The position numbers and the translations under genes are program-made. DNA of 64,000 nt from a virus. Its lineage: Duplodnaviria; Caudoviricetes. Shown here piece after piece: positions 9,799 through 20,221 of the stretch. The notes under the pieces were generated by a model. That model was not told the DNA's origin and made no database searches. It was given only the letters and a program-made list of their open reading frames with translations. The stretch covers positions 828 to 64,827 of the IMG/VR virus record IMGVR_UViG_3300008116_000041; one strand, 5' to 3'. How positions within the stretch are numbered: the stretch's first letter is position 1; the number at the start of each line of letters is the position of its first letter.

Positions 9799-10586
9799 TA
9801 TGGATTAATATATTCATACCATTTTATGGGTGTCAATCCCCCTACTCTTTGTGGTTGTATGTTGAATGTATCAAAAACTTGATATGTTCTTTTTTCGTAG
9901 TCTAAATCCAACCTATAATAAAAATATTCACTCTGTGAGAAATTATATTTGTTCCCTAATATAGATGACTGAGGTCTATTCATCATTCTCACAAATTGTC
10001 CTATCTTAGCATCAAAGAATTTTGCTGACATATAAAATCTTGATACGTCCAAAAATGTTCTCTTCTTCAACCAGTAAACGAAGAATCCCTCTTTATCACC
10101 AACATAATTCAAGATGAATTTAGGTTTTCTTATGAGGACATTCGTTGTCTGCATGAGTGTGTCCATTCTCTCCCCTTGTTGAGTTGGGATAATAATTGTG
10201 ACATAATTTGTTTGTTCAGTTTCCAACGGACTGTCATAAAGATCCAATTTAAAGAAAGAGTTTCTGAAAGAGTTGGCATAATAGTAAATCTCTTGTGTTG
10301 TGAATCCTTCAGCCCTATAGTCTATTTTCCAATTATTAACATTAGTCAGACCCGCCCCCTCATAAAAATAAAACTCATAATTAATTTCAGTTGAGTTTTG
10401 GAAATCTGCATGCGCAAATCTATTAACCTCGAAATCTTTGTCAGACGCTAATAGTTCTTTTATTGCTTTGTCTTGAAACGCAACAATATCCGCCTCTGTA
10501 TCCAAATACTCCCAATCCAAATTGATTGGAATATTAATACTGTTGTTCACAGTACCTGAAAGTAATATTTGTTTACTCACATTCAT
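9798..10586 (-). CDS. Hypothetical structural protein
   Basis: 262 aa, aromatic-rich, overlaps neighbours in the baseplate operon. Confidence 0.55.
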   Translation of the reverse strand: MNVSKQILLSGTVNNSINIPINLDWEYLDTEADIVAFQDKAIKELLASDKDFEVNRFAHADFQNSTEINYEFYFYEGAGLTNVNNWKIDYRAEGFTTQEIYYYANSFRNSFFKLDLYDSPLETEQTNYVTIIIPTQQGERMDTLMQTTNVLIRKPKFILNYVGDKEGFFVYWLKKRTFLDVSRFYMSAKFFDAKIGQFVRMMNRPQSSILGNKYNFSQSEYFYYRLDLDYEKRTYQVFDTFNIQPQRVGGLTPIKWYEYINP

Positions 10587-12315
10587 CTACAATAGGTTTA
10601 GTTACAACAGTTGTTGTGTTTATGCTGAAACCACTTATTGGACCAAACTTAGGTCCGGCTGTTAAGACTCCTCCGATATCGTATCCACCATCAGGGATTA
10701 ATCTGAATTGTGATGCGTTGAACGGATAATGTGAAAAATTCAAAAATGGAAAGTCTACACCGTTGTCTTGTTCATCAATGAATCCGTATTCATATACGTC
10801 CCTCCACATGAACTGTTCATAAGCATTTGAATAATATGCCCAAAAAGGAACCTGATCAGCATTTCTCAATTCACCTGTCTCCACATAATTAGAAAACGCA
10901 CGAATCACCATTCCTATGTGAGGTTGGTAATAATATCCACTTGGATTAGTTGTGGCAACTTGTTCACTTTTGAAGATGTCTTGGTTGTATTTGATTTTTT
11001 GATAGTATGGTGAAATAATTCTTTCTTGTTGTGTTATATTATTCCATTCACACCAATCACCACATAGAGTATCACCAGATTTAAAATCCAAATTATAGTA
11101 AAAGTCCTCAGTAGACCCGTTTGTCAATGTGTATGATGAGTATCCAATGTTAGAATTAGATTTCAAATTATTACTATCCCAATATAAATTATTCCTTTCA
11201 GTGATATTAAATTGCCAACCTTCTTTTACTCCCGTTCCTTGTGTTGGTTTGTTGAAGTATCCTGAATATCCTTTGTTGATAATTGTCAAAAAGATTTCAT
11301 TAAGTGGTCTTTTTTGATTGTCCAACAAATTTTCAATATTCAAATCATAGTTTGTCGTGAACGTATAGACTGATGATGCATTCTTCTGTGAAATCCTAGA
11401 AATATTATTAGGGGTTAGTGAAGAAAATTCGAATTTTTTATTTGCAGTAAATGGAACTTCTTCAAAACCTGTTTTAGTTACAACAAGATCATTAGCATTT
11501 GTAATTATCTTATGCATCTTTACGTAATAAGTTGACTTGGATTCTCCCGAGTTAGTTATATCAACTATTTTCTTAAAGGTACCCTTAGAGTTATTTACAA
11601 ATGTAGTTCCAGTATATCCAACATCAGTCATATTGAAGATGTAAAGGTATGATCCAAATGTACCGTCACCTAAGGTATTAACTTGAAAGACTCTGTTACC
11701 ATCATAATTTATTGATAATTCAACGTAGTCTCCAATCTGTAAGTTATGTTCCGCAATACAAACAAAAGAAATATAATTTGTTCCACCGAACTGTAATTTC
11801 TTTACCACAAAAGGTATTCCATCACCTGACAACCAATTTGAACTATTGATACCGTCTGTCCAAAACATTTCCCTTGTAAAGTTATTACTATCAGGTAGAC
11901 TTAAATAATAGGACCAATTATAAGTGTATGCACTTTTGGCAACGTATGTTAAGTGTTGATCTTGTATGTTAGGTCTGAAGAACTCAAATTCATAATACTG
12001 AGGAAATCCTCTCCAAATACCACTCAACAAAGATCTTTGAGTATCAACGTAGTAAAGATTGTATAAGAATGGAATATATTCTGTCGTCCCCGTGTAAGCA
12101 TTTTCATAAATTGGACTTACTTTAAAGGTAGGTCTGAAAGTTGTTGATGCTTGTCTTTCCTCGTTAAATAAAACCGCTAAGTTTACTGAGGCAACACGAT
12201 CATACTCTGTTAATTCGTTTTCTTTCGCATCAAAAGATACTTGAAGACTTTGGTCTACAGTTGGTGCTGATTTAAATCTCAGTCTACTTGGTACTATCGT
12301 TGTTGGTCCCATCAT
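10573..12315 (-). CDS. Hypothetical structural (baseplate-associated) protein
   Basis: 580 aa, ATGA-coupled, in operon downstream of the baseplate wedge genes. Confidence 0.55.
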   Translation of the reverse strand: MMGPTTIVPSRLRFKSAPTVDQSLQVSFDAKENELTEYDRVASVNLAVLFNEERQASTTFRPTFKVSPIYENAYTGTTEYIPFLYNLYYVDTQRSLLSGIWRGFPQYYEFEFFRPNIQDQHLTYVAKSAYTYNWSYYLSLPDSNNFTREMFWTDGINSSNWLSGDGIPFVVKKLQFGGTNYISFVCIAEHNLQIGDYVELSINYDGNRVFQVNTLGDGTFGSYLYIFNMTDVGYTGTTFVNNSKGTFKKIVDITNSGESKSTYYVKMHKIITNANDLVVTKTGFEEVPFTANKKFEFSSLTPNNISRISQKNASSVYTFTTNYDLNIENLLDNQKRPLNEIFLTIINKGYSGYFNKPTQGTGVKEGWQFNITERNNLYWDSNNLKSNSNIGYSSYTLTNGSTEDFYYNLDFKSGDTLCGDWCEWNNITQQERIISPYYQKIKYNQDIFKSEQVATTNPSGYYYQPHIGMVIRAFSNYVETGELRNADQVPFWAYYSNAYEQFMWRDVYEYGFIDEQDNGVDFPFLNFSHYPFNASQFRLIPDGGYDIGGVLTAGPKFGPISGFSINTTTVVTKPIVDECE

Positions 12316-15300
12316 TCAGTTGCAACATATTTTTTAATAAATCTGTTCATGGAAGACTTGCCTACAGATAAACCAAAGTAAAAATGATAAGGTAGTCCTA
12401 CAGTGAAATATGTGTTTAAGTTTACAGGATCGTAACTCGGTGAATCACTTGTATTTTTATCACCTTCAAATTGATATGCCTCTGCCAATGTACCAGGTTG
12501 GAACAGTACGTTACTTCTATTGTAGATGTACCCTCTCATGAAATCAGCCTTTGGATTCTCACCCATGAAATAATTCGAATTAATATCAGTTCTATTGAAT
12601 CTTTGATAATAGCTTTTCTGTATTGTATTTGTTTTCCACTCGTTTTTTTCTGTACCGAAAATTGAATTACTATCTTTTGTTGTCCAAGAGTAGTAAGGTA
12701 TCAGTTGTGAGTTACTTCCCAAGTAATCATAAATTGCATTATTGTAGTCAACGTTATCATTCCTAATCAATCTTCTCGGAGATACTAAATCACGTGTTTG
12801 TGTTTCAGATGAGAAAAATATTCCCATAACAGGATTTTTACTTCTGTCCTGACCTACATAGAATGGATTGTTAACATTCGTACCTGATTGAGCAGTGTAG
12901 GCTTCAAAATTAAATTCTTGAACACCTAACTCAGAATTTATAGAAATCATCTGAGCATAGTCTCCATCAATTTTTGATTTAACTCTACTGAAGAAAGAAT
13001 TTACTGATCCATCCCCAAGACCAATGATATTCGCTAACCAAGTGGAACTAACTTGTCTCGAAACGATAAATAGACTCAATATGTCTTGTGGGTCATTGAA
13101 TGATGTTGTAGGTATTTTATTTATATTATACCCATAGAAGTCTGCATTCAATGTAACCTCCTGTGTGAAAGCATCTCTTGGCCCCATATCCATAATTGTT
13201 GTAGGGAATAAGATTTCCTTTTCGTTTCTTGTTCTTCCTCCTGTTCTTTGTTTACCAACGAAGTTAGAACCTGTGAATGGAGATGATCGGTAATAGAAAT
13301 TATTAGTTTGATTATGTAATAACACAACGTCATTACAATATTCATTGTAAGGACCGTTAGGGTCAACAGGATCAGTTGGTGGTTTGTAGAATCTTAAATT
13401 TCTAAATGGAAAATGATACAATACTCCATTAACCCAATTATTGATAAAGGTATGTCCAAAGACACCCCTACAAGCAGCAAAATTTATTCTTGTCCTGGCC
13501 TTGAATTCCCCAAGTTGTTTGAAATCATTCGGAAGAGACAAGATAACCTTACTAACAAAAACATAACAACCGCCTTTAATTACTGTTTTCTTGTAACAAT
13601 TATCTGTTTTTGGATAAACACCAAAACTTTCAGAATCACCAGAATAACATTTTAACGGTACCAGTCCTTGACAACTGAAAGTACTTGCAAATTGTTCTTC
13701 GTATTCACTCAATTCCTCAGCCGCGTCGTTTATCAAAAATGATGATCCTTCAGTATCGTAAGACTCTACCACACCTTCGTCAGATATGAAATAAAATGCA
13801 AAATTTGTATTTTGATGTAATAGGTACGTATTATTCAGATATCCTGATCTTGATGTGGATGTTGGAAGTCTGTCCGTTCTCATCACAATTTTTTGAGTAT
13901 TTGCCTGAACGTTCATCGTTGTGGCAGTTGAATATGCTGGTGAGAAATAAACGTATCTATCATATCTCAGGGATGCTAAACCTTCTTCCAAGCTTCCTCC
14001 GACAGAAGCAAAGAAATATGATCCTCCCTCTACGTATTCATCATTCCAATAACCATTCATCTTTTTACCTTGTGACCATGGCTGCCTACTATAGTAAGAT
14101 CCAAAAACTACCCAATATGGATTCCAATCTGGTACACCCAACGTTCTATAATTCGGTTGCAAACTTACTATTGGATAGACAGACATTCCGAAAATATTGA
14201 CCGATGTGTTAGCCTTCACATACGCCCCATTACTTCCTGTGTTAATATCAATTTTTGAAGGACTCAGAATAGAATATGTGTTAGTTGGAGATACCTGAAA
14301 ACCATTGTTACCAACTTTAGTCGAATCCAAAGAAGAATAGTTTGTATGCATGTTCGTGCTGTAACCCGAATAATTTGATCCTGTATCAAAAATGTATGAA
14401 TCAAAGAAAATAGGGTTACTTTCATTCGAGGAATATTGGTCGTGTCTTGGTAAAACAAGCCCAGTCTGTATAGGAATATTCAATTTATATTTCGATGTTA
14501 CTTGTACGGTTCCATAGGGTTGTCCACATATTCTTGATATATCTACGGTAGTTGTTTGTCTTGTACTATTAGGATCAACCCCTCTTTGTAAAATGACAAC
14601 CATAACCTCTTTGTTGTCAGGTATATCAAAATATGGCCTTGTTACATTATTTGGTAACCACGTTTTGGCCCCTTGCCCTAAACCAAAAAATCCTGTTCTA
14701 ACATGATGTTCCTCCCATGTATACATTGCACCTCCAATATATCTTTCATTGAGACTTCTCTGACCCGAATAAAGTGAGGGGTTTAAAGACGCAAAATTTT
14801 GATATGTCATTGCTGTTATGACCTGAAAATACTCACAGTCGGATTTGGCCTTGACATACATCAAGTATTTCGGTTGTGAACACGTTGCTGTTGTTATAGT
14901 AACACCTTCATACGGAAATAAATCATTGACACAAATCGATCCTGGTGTCGGTGTTGTTCCCGAATGATAAACACCGTCACAATCGGTATAATACCAAAAT
15001 TCACCATCGGATATAGTAGATACGCTACCCACCCAACAATTTTGAATTGTGTCAGCACTTTGGTTAACAATGTATTGTTGATTTAATAATTGATCAGGAA
15101 AATCAGGGTTCGCGTAATTAACTGTTATTGATCTTAGATTTTTAGCGTATCCCGTTGATGAGCTAAATCCTGAGAAATTCGTTGCGGCTTGACTCGTGTT
15201 AGGATCTAATGAATTGAATGGGTTTTGAAAGGTCATCATCCTACCTGTTACAAACTCTTCGGCAGAAGCGGGATCACACAGTATCGTGATTGTATTGTCA

Positions 15301-17606
15301 TAATGGTACAAGCCTGAGTTTGCGCTTATGTCAGAAGCAACATAAGTCCTCACTTGATTCCAACCACCTGTATAGTTGAAATAATTGGCTTTCATATTGA
15401 ATAGATTCAATCTTTCTGAGAGTGTCAAATCCATAGAGGCGACAGGTCGATTACTTTGATCTCCAACAGGCATCCATATAGTCGCTGGAGTTCTCTGTCC
15501 TACAATACCTTGGTTGTTTCCCGCAATTATTCTTTGTAGGTTTTGTTGTTGTGCCGCCATAGGGTTTTCAACTGTCTGTATTCTACAAGCATTTCCCTGA
15601 TCTTCAGCACTGAAAAATGTTGTTGAATAATATTTGAACCATGGATCATCTTGACAATATTGTTCATCAAACATATTTCCATATGAAACAGGATTTGGTG
15701 AATCAACCAAGAGAGTAAGAGAGGTTGTTTTTAATGATTCTTGAATAAATGCCGTAGTACTCGCATTTTCCTCAGGACTTTCTTCAGTACAACTACATAA
15801 CTCACAGTCAGGATATATTATCGTAGGTAATGAAATGTTCTTGAATGGATTACCCAACGAGTTGAATATATCTCTGAAAGATGGCGGTTTTGGACAGTTT
15901 ATATTAACAAATGGTATTGCATCAACTATTTTACAGAGAATATAAACAAACGTCGCTATAGTACCGTATACAAAAGTGATTAATATCTTTAGGATCGGCC
16001 ATAGGAATGCCAAAATATGAACCACCACCATTAATGGTACTAATAAGAGGGTTATAAAAGAAAAGAAAAAATTAAAAATGATAAAAATCAAATCGAAGTT
16101 TTTCACTCCATCGTTAGTTGGAAATCTATTATTGGTCGAATCACAAGTTGAATCTAATATTTCTTTGATACCAAGAAACCTTCCTCGGTTGGCGCCATTA
16201 TGATAACCATCTATGAATTGTGATACAGTATAAACTTTATTATACCCGAATTGATAAAATGTGTCCTCGCAATTTATTGCGGTTTGTGGACTAGCATAGT
16301 CATTCCAATCTAATGAGAATGAGTATGATTTCTGAAACTGTTGCCATTGTGTTACCGCACTATAATTTGGTGTATAAATCGGGCTCTTTGGATCTGAAAA
16401 ATCCGCAGGATCGATAGCCGAACTTGTCCATCCATATTCTCTGATATTAGGTACTAAATAATAAGCCCTCTTCACCTGTTTACCTAGATCATCTTCTTGT
16501 TCCCACTTGATTTTGAATCTATATTTTCCTTTCGTTGGTATACCTACATTGGGATCTAATGATATTGTTTTTTCTCCGAACTCATTCGTTACAATATAAT
16601 CCAAATTCATAGGTACATCTACAAGGAATGTTCCGTCCCCATCAATTACCTTAGCCCCGCCATCAAACTCATAAACTTCCAAACCTGGTCGTCCGTTAGA
16701 ATCCTGGCCAACAGTCTGACGAATACATAATATTTCACCAGGACCAGATACCAAATCACATAGATTACCTGCCTCAGTCGAAGGTCTACAATTTTTTCTC
16801 AGAACTCTTCTGTCACTCGCAGAAATTACTGAACCCATGAAAACAGCTGTTGGTTGGATATCGATATTTGCTTGTTCTCTTAAATCAAAGTCTACTCTAT
16901 TGATGGCTATCTGACAAACTTCAGGTTGTCCCCAAAGTGGTGAAACGTCTATGTTGGCTTGTAGTGATATAATCTGTGGAAGGGACGCTAAGTTTGGTGA
17001 AGAAGCAAATTGATTCCCGTTGAGTTGGGTTTCATTTGCAATTCCCATTCTTATAAGGTCCTGTGGTGTGAGACTGAATTCTCCTATGTCCGATAAATCA
17101 CAGTCCATGAAAACTGTTTGATTCCCTAATGGTACACCCATAATCATATAATCCCCACTCTCGTTTGTTCTGACAGTATACTTGTAATACTTGTCATAAA
17201 TTTGCATTACTGTTGGATTGGTAAGGACATCGGTTCTCGAAGGAAAAGTTCCCGTAGGAATGTGTGTTGAATATGATTTTTCATATGGAAGAAGATTGTA
17301 TCTATAACCATCCTCGTTCTTCTCGTTTGTTGATTTGTATGGATATATCGATGATACGATGTCGTTATTTCTATCTTCTTCTTGGATTGGGACGAATACA
17401 GATACTTTCACGTTCGGAACACCATATCCTCCGTTTGCAACCACACGTCCAACCACAACACCATAATCAGCACAATTTCTTGTATAGATGTCCTCACTTT
17501 GTATCTTCATCGAGAGGATCTCTAAAAAATCGAACTCTTGATCAATCTGAACATTTAACGTTTGATCTTCTCCGATTTGAGTTTTAATTCTATAAGAATT
17601 GGCCAT
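12312..17606 (-). CDS. Large structural protein with N-terminal carboxypeptidase-regulatory-like (transthyretin-fold) domain and internal hydrophobic hairpin
   Basis: 1764 aa; GVVVGRV...GVPNVKVSV...TNESGDYMIMGVPLG motif; ~60-aa hydrophobic stretch at about 15900-16095. Confidence 0.6.
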   Translation of the reverse strand: MANSYRIKTQIGEDQTLNVQIDQEFDFLEILSMKIQSEDIYTRNCADYGVVVGRVVANGGYGVPNVKVSVFVPIQEEDRNNDIVSSIYPYKSTNEKNEDGYRYNLLPYEKSYSTHIPTGTFPSRTDVLTNPTVMQIYDKYYKYTVRTNESGDYMIMGVPLGNQTVFMDCDLSDIGEFSLTPQDLIRMGIANETQLNGNQFASSPNLASLPQIISLQANIDVSPLWGQPEVCQIAINRVDFDLREQANIDIQPTAVFMGSVISASDRRVLRKNCRPSTEAGNLCDLVSGPGEILCIRQTVGQDSNGRPGLEVYEFDGGAKVIDGDGTFLVDVPMNLDYIVTNEFGEKTISLDPNVGIPTKGKYRFKIKWEQEDDLGKQVKRAYYLVPNIREYGWTSSAIDPADFSDPKSPIYTPNYSAVTQWQQFQKSYSFSLDWNDYASPQTAINCEDTFYQFGYNKVYTVSQFIDGYHNGANRGRFLGIKEILDSTCDSTNNRFPTNDGVKNFDLIFIIFNFFFSFITLLLVPLMVVVHILAFLWPILKILITFVYGTIATFVYILCKIVDAIPFVNINCPKPPSFRDIFNSLGNPFKNISLPTIIYPDCELCSCTEESPEENASTTAFIQESLKTTSLTLLVDSPNPVSYGNMFDEQYCQDDPWFKYYSTTFFSAEDQGNACRIQTVENPMAAQQQNLQRIIAGNNQGIVGQRTPATIWMPVGDQSNRPVASMDLTLSERLNLFNMKANYFNYTGGWNQVRTYVASDISANSGLYHYDNTITILCDPASAEEFVTGRMMTFQNPFNSLDPNTSQAATNFSGFSSSTGYAKNLRSITVNYANPDFPDQLLNQQYIVNQSADTIQNCWVGSVSTISDGEFWYYTDCDGVYHSGTTPTPGSICVNDLFPYEGVTITTATCSQPKYLMYVKAKSDCEYFQVITAMTYQNFASLNPSLYSGQRSLNERYIGGAMYTWEEHHVRTGFFGLGQGAKTWLPNNVTRPYFDIPDNKEVMVVILQRGVDPNSTRQTTTVDISRICGQPYGTVQVTSKYKLNIPIQTGLVLPRHDQYSSNESNPIFFDSYIFDTGSNYSGYSTNMHTNYSSLDSTKVGNNGFQVSPTNTYSILSPSKIDINTGSNGAYVKANTSVNIFGMSVYPIVSLQPNYRTLGVPDWNPYWVVFGSYYSRQPWSQGKKMNGYWNDEYVEGGSYFFASVGGSLEEGLASLRYDRYVYFSPAYSTATTMNVQANTQKIVMRTDRLPTSTSRSGYLNNTYLLHQNTNFAFYFISDEGVVESYDTEGSSFLINDAAEELSEYEEQFASTFSCQGLVPLKCYSGDSESFGVYPKTDNCYKKTVIKGGCYVFVSKVILSLPNDFKQLGEFKARTRINFAACRGVFGHTFINNWVNGVLYHFPFRNLRFYKPPTDPVDPNGPYNEYCNDVVLLHNQTNNFYYRSSPFTGSNFVGKQRTGGRTRNEKEILFPTTIMDMGPRDAFTQEVTLNADFYGYNINKIPTTSFNDPQDILSLFIVSRQVSSTWLANIIGLGDGSVNSFFSRVKSKIDGDYAQMISINSELGVQEFNFEAYTAQSGTNVNNPFYVGQDRSKNPVMGIFFSSETQTRDLVSPRRLIRNDNVDYNNAIYDYLGSNSQLIPYYSWTTKDSNSIFGTEKNEWKTNTIQKSYYQRFNRTDINSNYFMGENPKADFMRGYIYNRSNVLFQPGTLAEAYQFEGDKNTSDSPSYDPVNLNTYFTVGLPYHFYFGLSVGKSSMNRFIKKYVATE

Positions 17607-17620
17607 TCAGTGACTTTTTT

Positions 17621-17628
17621 GATAAATA
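17621..17628 (-). promoter_or_regulatory. Putative late promoter motif TATTTATC
   Basis: 14 nt upstream of ATG 17606; shares extended TAAACTATTTAT with the 8704 site. Confidence 0.6.
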
Positions 17629-17696
17629 GTTTAACCCCCATTTTCTAAGGAAATGGCGTACATTGTAATGATAATCTACTTGAACCGATAATAAAC

Positions 17697-19535
17697 TTAA
17701 GAGAACTGAACGTTTTGGAAGTTCTTCACTTTCACTCTGATATCTTTGTTTGGATATCTTATTTGATACACCTGATTTGGTTGTGCAAATATGGTATCAT
17801 CTACAGGTCTTATCTGTCTTGTAACATCGTTTGAATATGCCATTGAAGTTTGGAACCCTGAATATTGTCCTCCTACCTCATTGAATACATCGATGGCTGT
17901 TACGGTTATAACACCATTCTCATCTTGAATCAAACTGTTCAATTGTGAGATGTATATGTTTTGACCTAAGTTTCTGATCTGCGGATCTAAGAAAGTAGAA
18001 ACCTTATTAATGATATTAGTAATAACTTGTCCTTGGTTTTGTGTGGCATCTAAGACAACCGAAATATCTAAACTTAAATCGATAACTTCCGCAGTTTCAA
18101 TAGAAATGTAGTCGTTCATCATTCTATAGTTTGATAGATAGTTTGCCAAGTTTTGTTTCAAGGTGTTCGAAACAATAGAAGTCAATTTACCTGTAGTGTC
18201 GTATGATAATATCTGAACGTTGATTTTGTTGTTGTTCTCCGTGATTGCAACTTTTGCAGGTGCTCCGAATTGAGAAGGCATCTTTCTTATCAAAGCTTCA
18301 TAATCATTAACAGTTACCGCTCTGTTCTGTGAGGAAAAGTTGAATGCTACGTAGTTTCTTGTTTCTTCTACTGAAGGTTGTCCCGCTCCACCGATTGCTG
18401 CTGTAACGTTATTACATCTAAGTGAACTTGTTACTTGTTGGTTAATATTATCTGAAGGTCCGTTCACAAAGAAACTTACGGTTCCAACCTGATTGATAAC
18501 GTTTGTACCTAAGTTTGTAGATAAACCACCACCTGTTCTATATTGAACAAACAATGTTGTGTTCGCTCTCAAAGCAGAACCTAAAGACATATTGTTTTGA
18601 TACAGTTGTAGATTCAATGGAACTCCTAAAGTTGTGAATTGATTCAAAGCGTCTTGTGATGTATTTGTACCACCACCAAAAGTCATCTTGAGGAATCCTT
18701 CAGGTGTATATTCTGTAATGAATCTGTCATTTGTTTGGATGTACTTACCAACTTTGATTCCAGGCTGATCAGACACTTTGGTAGGATCTTCAACAAAAAT
18801 TCTGTCTTCAGCCAAAGCATCCACTTCGTACCACCTATTGTCTACCCCTAAAAACTCATTAACTGTTGGTACTGTTGTATAACTTGTACCATCTTTCAGA
18901 AGTACACTTGTAACTCCAAGAACATTTTTTTCAGGTAGGAATAACTCCAAGAATGGTCTTACATCGGCTGGTCCAATAACTCTTTTGAATACTTTGGTGA
19001 TACCGTTAACAACGACCTCTCTTTTAGTAATTGTATAGTTAACAATTCTATTACTTGAGTCGAAATTTGGAATCTTAAGTCTGTTTGGAAATCCTTGTGA
19101 ATTATATGGTGAAGCAAAATCAATATCTTCAACATTCTCAAAAACTTGTCCTGCACCTACAACTTGAGATCCTCTTCTAAGTTGTCCCAAATATCTTTCA
19201 TCTTCTTTGTCTCCAAATGCTGGAACTGTGATAGAAAAATCTACAAGAGCAACAGATGGTCTTTGTCCCGGTATTTTCAGACCATAAGTTCTGGCGATAT
19301 TATAAATTGAAGACCTCTGTTGTGCATATTGTAATACGGTCTCTTGTATACTTCTATCAATGTGATAGTGTAAGTTGTCGGCTACGGCTGCGTTCAAATC
19401 TAAGAATACTGAAAATACAGAAGCGTCATTGAAGTTCTGTATAAGTTCAGGGTAATAAGTTCGAACATATTGTATGAGTTCTTCCCTTATACCTTCAAAG
19501 TCTCTGGTTGTATATGAAATTTTACGATTAGCCAT
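17697..19535 (-). CDS. Baseplate wedge protein (T4 gp6/baseplate J-like)
   Basis: YTTRDFEGIREEL N-terminus, SIYNIARTYG, QNRAVTVNDYE motifs typical of gp6-like wedge proteins. Confidence 0.9.
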   Translation of the reverse strand: MANRKISYTTRDFEGIREELIQYVRTYYPELIQNFNDASVFSVFLDLNAAVADNLHYHIDRSIQETVLQYAQQRSSIYNIARTYGLKIPGQRPSVALVDFSITVPAFGDKEDERYLGQLRRGSQVVGAGQVFENVEDIDFASPYNSQGFPNRLKIPNFDSSNRIVNYTITKREVVVNGITKVFKRVIGPADVRPFLELFLPEKNVLGVTSVLLKDGTSYTTVPTVNEFLGVDNRWYEVDALAEDRIFVEDPTKVSDQPGIKVGKYIQTNDRFITEYTPEGFLKMTFGGGTNTSQDALNQFTTLGVPLNLQLYQNNMSLGSALRANTTLFVQYRTGGGLSTNLGTNVINQVGTVSFFVNGPSDNINQQVTSSLRCNNVTAAIGGAGQPSVEETRNYVAFNFSSQNRAVTVNDYEALIRKMPSQFGAPAKVAITENNNKINVQILSYDTTGKLTSIVSNTLKQNLANYLSNYRMMNDYISIETAEVIDLSLDISVVLDATQNQGQVITNIINKVSTFLDPQIRNLGQNIYISQLNSLIQDENGVITVTAIDVFNEVGGQYSGFQTSMAYSNDVTRQIRPVDDTIFAQPNQVYQIRYPNKDIRVKVKNFQNVQFS

Positions 19536-19540
19536 TTATG

Positions 19541-20002
19541 TTAAATATTGATGATTACAAAATCACTGGTCGCAAATGTCGAATCTTGGATTGAGTACTC
19601 TATTTTTATTTTCGCAGTATATTCTGCAGTTCCTTTACCAGGGTATCTGTAAATTTGAGATGTCTGAGAGTTTACCTCCAATTGATCGGGTGACTCCTCT
19701 TTTGGATCTAATGGTTCGATTGTAATTCTATTAAGCAACAAGTTTGGAATATACTTTTCAACATTCGCCCTTATGTCTGATTCAATCGCATCAAAAGTCA
19801 AACCATCCATAGGTTCGAAAATGTATTCATACAACCTCGTTCCAAAGTCAGGTAGAAAATATCTTGCCCCTTTTCTCGTCAATAGAAGATTAATAAGATC
19901 CGCTCTTATTTCTTGATTTGCAGTATTAGTCAAATCTAAGTAGTCACCTCTAACTGAATCACGAAAAGGAAAATTTATACCATATGTAGTACCGTCTCCC
20001 AT
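19541..20002 (-). CDS. Baseplate wedge subunit (GPW/gp25 family)
   Basis: LINLLLTRKGARYFLPDFGTRLYEYIFEP gp25 signature. Confidence 0.92.
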   Translation of the reverse strand: MGDGTTYGINFPFRDSVRGDYLDLTNTANQEIRADLINLLLTRKGARYFLPDFGTRLYEYIFEPMDGLTFDAIESDIRANVEKYIPNLLLNRITIEPLDPKEESPDQLEVNSQTSQIYRYPGKGTAEYTAKIKIEYSIQDSTFATSDFVIINI

Positions 20003-20007
20003 ATAGT

Positions 20008-20015
20008 GATAAATA
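20008..20015 (-). promoter_or_regulatory. Putative late promoter motif TATTTATC
   Basis: 5 nt upstream of ATG 20002. Confidence 0.55.
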
Positions 20016-20023
20016 TACTTGGA

Positions 20024-20221
20024 TTATTTTTCAATTAAAGTAATAGTACCCCTTACGTGTTTAGGTTCATAGGGACAATGTCTACATCCTGATCCACAAC
20101 AAAATCCTCTCCTTGCATGCCACTCTTCCGTAAAAACTTTCTTATCACCTTCCATATAAAAGTCAGAAGGGAGAAGTTGTTTCTTCTCCCCCTGACTGGT
20201 GTTCTTTATTTCTTTGGACAT
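20024..20221 (-). CDS. DUF5522-like small Cys-rich protein
   Basis: VFTEEWHARRGFCCGSGCRHCPY motif; TAATG-coupled to nrdJ. Confidence 0.8.
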   Translation of the reverse strand: MSKEIKNTSQGEKKQLLPSDFYMEGDKKVFTEEWHARRGFCCGSGCRHCPYEPKHVRGTITLIEK

